Below are positions 58,593-64,000 of a stretch of 64,000 nucleotides of DNA, piece after piece. The stretch is from Candidatus Krumholzibacteriales bacterium (lineage in GTDB: Bacteria; Krumholzibacteriota; Krumholzibacteriia; Krumholzibacteriales; WJIX01): positions 1 through 64,000 of the forward strand of contig JAWODM010000046.1 in assembly GCA_046483305.1 (NCBI GenBank). Reading direction: 5' to 3'. Position numbers and translations under genes: made by a program. The notes under the pieces were generated by a model. The model was not told the origin of the DNA. It saw only the letters and a program-made list of their open reading frames with translations, and made no database searches. Each line of letters begins with the position of its first letter. Position 1 is the first letter of the stretch.

Positions 58593-59207
58593 CTACTGAA
58601 CCATATCCTTGATCTTCATCAGGCGGGTCTGGTTGGACCTCTCGTTTTCGCTGAGCTTTCTCTCTATGCTGTTGATAGTCTCTTCCAGATCCGGTATCAG
58701 TACGTATTCCAGCGCGTTAACCCTGCGCCTGGTTCTTTCCAGCTCATCCGCCATCCTCAGCAGGGCATTCTCCCTGGAGGCAAGGTCAAGGAGCGATGGG
58801 AAAATATCATAAAGGTCCTCAAAGGCCCCATCCAGCCCCGGCGACGAAGATGAAAATCTGTATGAAGGGGGAGAGTCAGGGAATGTTGCCCGGTAGACCG
58901 GAATCCTTATTCCCATCTCATATCTGCTGCCAGCCTCCAGTTCTCCCTCCGCCCCGCTGAGTTCAAGAGCGTCGGTAACAGCCTGTGTCTCTGAAAAGAT
59001 CCGGGAACGGATGTACCTGTCATTTATGGAAAGGAGCTCCTCTTCGACCTTGCTCCTCAAACGATTTGCTTCCCCGATCAGGCCGAAGAAATTCTGCATC
59101 AGCTTCTCCTGCTTGTTCTTCAGGAGCTTATGGCCCCTCCTGGCAAGCTCCAGCCTGCGGCGGAGGCGGATCAGAGTCATTCTGTTCGGATTATATTTCT
59201 TCTTCAA
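58593..59207 (-). CDS. ntpD: V/A-type ATP synthase subunit D
   Basis: NPNRMTL...RGHKLLK; TRRRVNALEYVLIP. Confidence 0.95.
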   Translation of the reverse strand: MKKKYNPNRMTLIRLRRRLELARRGHKLLKNKQEKLMQNFFGLIGEANRLRSKVEEELLSINDRYIRSRIFSETQAVTDALELSGAEGELEAGSRYEMGIRIPVYRATFPDSPPSYRFSSSSPGLDGAFEDLYDIFPSLLDLASRENALLRMADELERTRRRVNALEYVLIPDLEETINSIERKLSENERSNQTRLMKIKDMVQ

Positions 59208-59398
59208 TCCTGCTCTCCCTGCCGTCTGCGGGGTTTTTCCCTATTCCTGACGAATCTTCTCTTACTGGCATTTCCAGCATATTTCTCTTACCGTTCTGAT
59301 TCCCTTCCATCGTCTCCGCTGCCGGAGCCCACCTTTCCTCTTTTCCTGTCCCCCATCACCATCCGTTTGCCCCTGCTCACCTGAAATCCAACTCCGCC

Positions 59399-60859
59399 CT
59401 ACTCCCCACCCCTCTCCGCCTTCTCTCTTCCCTCTTCCCATTCCGCTTCGCTCTTCTCCACCTCCGAACTGCTCGCGGGAAGGTACTTCTCTATGAATTC
59501 ATCCTTAATCCGTTTGATCTCGGTTCTCGGCACTTTGTTCAAAAGCTCCCACCCGGCGTTGAGAGTATCCTCTATGGAACGGTTCTCATCTATTTTCTGG
59601 CCCACGAAGGTTCTCTCGAAATTCTCCCCGAAAGCCATGAACGCCCTGTCGGTCTCGGTCAGGGCCGCCTCTCCCAATACCACCGCCAGCTCCTCAACCT
59701 CCTTGCTCCTGGCGTAGGAGGAGAACAGCTGATTGGCCAGCTCGGCGTGATCCTCTCTGGTCCTTCCTTCGCCGATACCCTTGTCCCTCAGCCTGGACAG
59801 GCTGGGAAGCACGTTAATAGGAGGATAGATGCCCTTGTGCTGAAGGTTCCGGTCCAGTATTATCTGTCCCTCGGTGATATACCCGGTGAGGTCGGGGATC
59901 GGATGAGTCTTGTCGTCATCAGGCATGGAAAGAACCGGGATCTGAGTTATGGAACCTTCCCGGACCTCCCCCTCCTTCTCCCCCTTGAGAAGCCCCGCCC
60001 TTTCGTAAAGGGTAGCCAGGTCGGTATAGAGGTAACCGGGATAACCTCTTCTTCCCGGTATCTCTTTTCTCGCCACCGACACTTCTCTCAGGGCCTCGCA
60101 GTAATTGGTCATATCGGTCATTATAACCAGTACATGCATCTCTCTCTCGAAGGCAAGGTATTCAGCGGCGGTCAAGGCCGCTCTGGGAGTCGAAATCCTC
60201 TCAACGGTGGGATCGTTCGCAAGGTTTATGAAGAGGACTACCCTTTCCATGGCCCCTGTTTCCTGGAAATCGGTTATGAAGTAGTTCGCTTCCTCGAAGG
60301 TAATACCCATCGCCGCGAACACAATTGCGAACGCGCTCTCGGCGCCGGGCACGGTCGCCTGCCTGGCAATCTGAGCGGCCAGTTCCGAATGGGGCAGTCC
60401 GAATCCGGAAAAGATAGGTAGCTTCTGCCCTCTCACCAGGGTGTTGAGGCCGTCGATAGCCGAGATACCGGTCTGGATGAATTCCTTCGGGTATATTCTG
60501 GCATAAGGATTAATGGGGCTGCCGTTGATATCGACTCTCTTTTCCGGAATGATCTTCGGGCCGTTATCGATGGGGATGCCCAGCCCGTTGAAGACCCTGC
60601 CCAGAATATCCGGGGATACTGAAAGCTCCAGCCCCTTCCCCAGAAACCTTACCCTGGTCTTATCCACATCCACATCATGGGTCCCCTCGAAGAGCTGGAT
60701 CAGCACCTTGTCCCGATCAACCTCCAGAACCTTTCCCCTTCTCTGTTCACCGCTCGGAAGCTCCACTTCAACCAATTCTTCGTAGGAAGCATTCTCCACC
60801 TGGTCCATCATAATCAGGGGGCCCACTATTTCGGTTATGGTATTGTATTCAGTAACCAT
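59399..60859 (-). CDS. ntpB: V/A-type ATP synthase subunit B
   Basis: [47 protein letters not shown]. Confidence 0.97.
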   Translation of the reverse strand: MVTEYNTITEIVGPLIMMDQVENASYEELVEVELPSGEQRRGKVLEVDRDKVLIQLFEGTHDVDVDKTRVRFLGKGLELSVSPDILGRVFNGLGIPIDNGPKIIPEKRVDINGSPINPYARIYPKEFIQTGISAIDGLNTLVRGQKLPIFSGFGLPHSELAAQIARQATVPGAESAFAIVFAAMGITFEEANYFITDFQETGAMERVVLFINLANDPTVERISTPRAALTAAEYLAFEREMHVLVIMTDMTNYCEALREVSVARKEIPGRRGYPGYLYTDLATLYERAGLLKGEKEGEVREGSITQIPVLSMPDDDKTHPIPDLTGYITEGQIILDRNLQHKGIYPPINVLPSLSRLRDKGIGEGRTREDHAELANQLFSSYARSKEVEELAVVLGEAALTETDRAFMAFGENFERTFVGQKIDENRSIEDTLNAGWELLNKVPRTEIKRIKDEFIEKYLPASSSEVEKSEAEWEEGREKAERGGE

Positions 60860-60957
60860 TAATATTCCCTCTTTCCATCTATGAGCTCAAATACCGACTT
60901 CCCGTCCCGGCCGGATCTATTATCAGGCGGGAGCAATCCAAGAATATTTATTCTTTC

Positions 60958-62793
60958 TTATCCTTCCGTTTTTTCTTCCTTCTCCTCATCCTCGCCAAGC
61001 ACCTCGGCCAGTTCGTCTCCCTCCGGAGAAGAAGAGACCAGACTGTTTATCTCAGATTCCATCTGTTCTCTTATACTGTCGAATTCCTCAATATTATCTT
61101 CGCTGATATGCCTCATCCTTGCTATCGGCTGCCTGACTTCCAGTTCGAGAAGCTTTTCTATTTCCACGCCTTTTTCGATCGCCTGTCCGCAGAGGCGTTG
61201 GAGTTCCATTATGGTATTCAACATCGCATACTGCTTGCTCAGCCTGGTATACTCATCATCGGGATCGAAGGCGGACTGGTGAAGAAAATCCTCCCTTATC
61301 GATTTCGATGTCTCCAGAATGAGGCGGTCGCCATCGGACAGGGACTCAACCCCCACCAGCCGGACCAGCTCTTTCAGGTCAGCTTCCTTCTGGAGGAGTT
61401 CTATCGCTGAAGTCCTCAGATCTTCCCAGCCCTCATCAACTTCATCCAGGAAATATTCCCTGAGAGTGTCGTGATAGAGAGAGTAGCTGGTCAGCCACCC
61501 GATAGCCGGGAAATGCCTCTCGTAGGCAAGCTGGTCCTCCAGAGCCCAGAATACCTTTACCACTTTCAGGGTAGCCTGTACAACCGGGTCGGAGAGGTCG
61601 CCTCCGGGGGGCGATACGGCACCTATGACGCTCAGCGACCCCCTGCGCTCGTCGCTCCCCAGGCAGACCACTCTTCCCGCTCTTTCATAAAAACTGGCAA
61701 TTCTTGATGGCAGATAGGCTGGATAACCTTCTTCTCCCGGCATTTCCTCCAGCCTTCCCGACATTTCCCTCATCGCCTCAGCCCACCTGGATGTAGAATC
61801 AGCCAGCACCGCCACCGAGTACCCCATATCTCTGAAATATTCAGCTATGGTAATACCGGTATATACCGACGCCTCCCTTGCAGCCACCGGCATATTGGAA
61901 GTATTGGCTATCAGGACGGTCCTCTTCATCAGCGGCTGCCCCGTGGCAGGGTCGATCAGTTCCGGGAACTCCTGCAGAACATCGGTCATTTCATTGCCGC
62001 GTTCACCGCAGCCGATATATACGATGATATCGGCGTCGGACCATTTTGCCAGCTGATGCTGGACCACTGTCTTCCCCGCCCCGAAGGGGCCTGGAACAGT
62101 GGCGGTCCCCCCCTTGGCAATGGGAAAGAACGTGTCTATAACTCTCTGTCCGGTCACCAGAGGAACCGAAGGTATCAGCTTCCTGACTATCGGCCTCGGC
62201 GTCCTGACCGGCCAGCGTTGAAACATGCTTATTTTCCTGAGGCCGCCATCGGTCTCAATCTCCGCGATAGTATCCTCCACCCTGTAACCCTTCTCTTCGG
62301 GGAGTTTCTTCAGAACACCCTTCTGAATATCAGCCGGCACCATTATCCGGTGTTCTATCAGTTCGGTCTCCTGTATTGTTCCCAGTACATCTCCGCGCCC
62401 TGTTTCCATCCCCTCCTGCAGATCCGGGGAGGGCTTGAGTTCCCACTCTTTCTCCCTGTCAAGGCCCGGGGCGCTGACCCCCCTGTGTATGTAGTGCCCG
62501 CTCTGCTCGTAAATGGTGTCCAGGGGGCGCTGAATCCCGTCATAAATAGATTGCAGAAGGCCGGGGCCCAAATCTATACTGAGCGACTTTCCGGTGGTAG
62601 TGACCACTGCGCCGGGGCCCAGCCCGGAAGTATCCTCATAGACCTGGATGTAGGCAAGATCCCCGTGCAGCTCAATTACTTCGCCTATCAGCCCTTCCTC
62701 GCTCACCCGGGCCACTTCGAACATTTTCGAACCTTTCAAGCCGCTGGCAACAATCAGAGGCCCCGCCACTTTTTCGATCTTACCGGATGCCAT
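60958..62793 (-). CDS. ntpA: V/A-type ATP synthase subunit A
   Basis: P-loop GPFGAGKT; GCGERGNEM; EMPGEEGYPAYL; no intein. Confidence 0.97.
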   Translation of the reverse strand: MASGKIEKVAGPLIVASGLKGSKMFEVARVSEEGLIGEVIELHGDLAYIQVYEDTSGLGPGAVVTTTGKSLSIDLGPGLLQSIYDGIQRPLDTIYEQSGHYIHRGVSAPGLDREKEWELKPSPDLQEGMETGRGDVLGTIQETELIEHRIMVPADIQKGVLKKLPEEKGYRVEDTIAEIETDGGLRKISMFQRWPVRTPRPIVRKLIPSVPLVTGQRVIDTFFPIAKGGTATVPGPFGAGKTVVQHQLAKWSDADIIVYIGCGERGNEMTDVLQEFPELIDPATGQPLMKRTVLIANTSNMPVAAREASVYTGITIAEYFRDMGYSVAVLADSTSRWAEAMREMSGRLEEMPGEEGYPAYLPSRIASFYERAGRVVCLGSDERRGSLSVIGAVSPPGGDLSDPVVQATLKVVKVFWALEDQLAYERHFPAIGWLTSYSLYHDTLREYFLDEVDEGWEDLRTSAIELLQKEADLKELVRLVGVESLSDGDRLILETSKSIREDFLHQSAFDPDDEYTRLSKQYAMLNTIMELQRLCGQAIEKGVEIEKLLELEVRQPIARMRHISEDNIEEFDSIREQMESEINSLVSSSPEGDELAEVLGEDEEKEEKTEG

Positions 62794-62822
62794 ATCTCTT
62801 TTTTCCTCCCTTATCTGTTAAA

Positions 62823-63173
62823 TCACTCCAGGGAGCCGGAAATATCCTGCCCCACAGCCTTGATAACAGCTTCTCTTATCTCTTCTCTGGCTGCCCTGCC
62901 GGCCAGGGGTTTGCCGCCCTCCCAGCGCGCTCCGCGTATATCGGGTATTATGGTAACAGCGGAATCGGCAAATCTCTTTTCTCCCCGGAAAAAATTTCTG
63001 TATCTTATGAATATCTCCTCGGTAACAAATATGATTTCAAAATCGCCCTTCTCCAGTTCGGCTATAACATCCCCGGTCATCTCGCCTTCCTCTGTCTCAA
63101 AACAGCGGCACCCCAGAATCCTGAAGTAGGATACCGAATCGGAGCTGCCGACTACCGCAATATCCTCATGCAA
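62823..63173 (-). CDS. V/A-type ATP synthase subunit F
   Basis: IAVVGSSDSVSYFRILG...IIFVTE...IKAVGQDI; TTG start. Confidence 0.88.
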   Translation of the reverse strand: MHEDIAVVGSSDSVSYFRILGCRCFETEEGEMTGDVIAELEKGDFEIIFVTEEIFIRYRNFFRGEKRFADSAVTIIPDIRGARWEGGKPLAGRAAREEIREAVIKAVGQDISGSLE

Positions 63174-63192
63174 TGTTACTTCTCCCCGCTGA

Positions 63193-64000
63193 TCAGGAAG
63201 GGGCAAACCCCTCCATCAGGTCAAATATTATTTCCTCAGGCAGTCCGTTTATTCTGCCCGTTATGATAGACCGCAGTGCCGTATAGTTCCTGTTCATATT
63301 TACCAGGTGATAAATGACAGGGGTTATATCGAAAAAACTGTGCCGGCGCTGCGATACCTGATTAAAAATCTCCGCTGACAGGGCAGGCTCGATTTTCCAC
63401 AGGGGCGTCCCGGAATCCAGCCCGTTATCGGTCAGTCGGCTGTAAGGCGAGAAGGAGAGATATGAGTAAAGCTGGTCCTCGGATTCCGAGACAAGAGCTC
63501 TCAGGGTCAGCTTATCAATCTGCCCCCCGGGAATCCACCTCTCCTTTCCAGCACCGAACAGCCCGGTTCGTTTCAGCCTTATAAAATTCTTGATGTTTAT
63601 CGCGTCTATTCTCATTCTGGTGTAATGAACTGCATAATCAGACGGGGCGGCCTCCAGCAGGAATTCCCACTTACGCCGTTCCAGCAAAATCTGCGCGGTG
63701 TCAATATCCTTCCTGCCTGCCACCGTCTCGAAGTAATCGAAAATATCCTTTAGATAATCGGGAAGGTACACGCCGCTCCAGTTTTCTATTGCATCCGCCA
63801 GGACATCGCCTTCGATAAGGCCGCATTTGTTATACCCTTCTTCCGCTGATCCCGCACCCAGAAAATCAGATTTCCAGAAGAAAACAAGGTTGTCAAAATC
63901 GTACTCGGACCTCAGGAAGCGATCGGCCGTTGTGTCAGAAATCAATTTTGACAGCAGTTCCAGGTACTGCGCCTTCTCCGTCTCCAGAGCCTGGCCGAAA
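63193..64000 (-). CDS. ntpC: V/A-type ATP synthase subunit C (5' truncated by window)
   Basis: YDFDNL, IDAINIKNFIR, WIPGG, LRSIITGRINGLP; frame open to the window edge. Confidence 0.8.
   Translation of the reverse strand, partial: FGQALETEKAQYLELLSKLISDTTADRFLRSEYDFDNLVFFWKSDFLGAGSAEEGYNKCGLIEGDVLADAIENWSGVYLPDYLKDIFDYFETVAGRKDIDTAQILLERRKWEFLLEAAPSDYAVHYTRMRIDAINIKNFIRLKRTGLFGAGKERWIPGGQIDKLTLRALVSESEDQLYSYLSFSPYSRLTDNGLDSGTPLWKIEPALSAEIFNQVSQRRHSFFDITPVIYHLVNMNRNYTALRSIITGRINGLPEEIIFDLMEGFAPS

Overview
64 kb of bacterial chromosome with nearly all genes on the minus strand. The gene content (PorV-like barrel, T9SS/FlgD-type C-terminal domains, GWxTD proteins, V/A-type ATPase, System II cytochrome c biogenesis) suggests a non-Bacteroidota member of the FCB group, for example Latescibacterota/Krumholzibacteriota-like; this is inference only. 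From left to right: the left end of an IS200-family element missed by the ORF track; small housekeeping enzymes; a peptide ABC operon containing a beta-CASP nuclease with an apparent export signal; resB-ccsA; a DUF885-like lipoprotein, an amidohydrolase and a rhomboid; fba-gap-pgk-tpiA-secG-tRNA-Leu(GAG); radC-mreBCD-mrdA-rodA-pmbA-lgt-comF; a probable major outer-membrane protein with a long structured leader; and a GWxTD-dppABC-NlpC/P60 operon. The main finding is a roughly 21 kb co-oriented envelope cluster: TonB-dependent receptor, two 817-aa CTD-bearing paralogs flanking a PorV-like barrel, GWxTD, ExbB-ExbD-ExbD-TonB, TolC-MacAB-like exporter and a second GWxTD. It looks like an uncharacterised SusD-independent outer-membrane capture or secretion system. 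The window ends inside a V/A-type ATPase operon (C-F-A-B-D). All calls come from motif recognition by eye; no searches were run.
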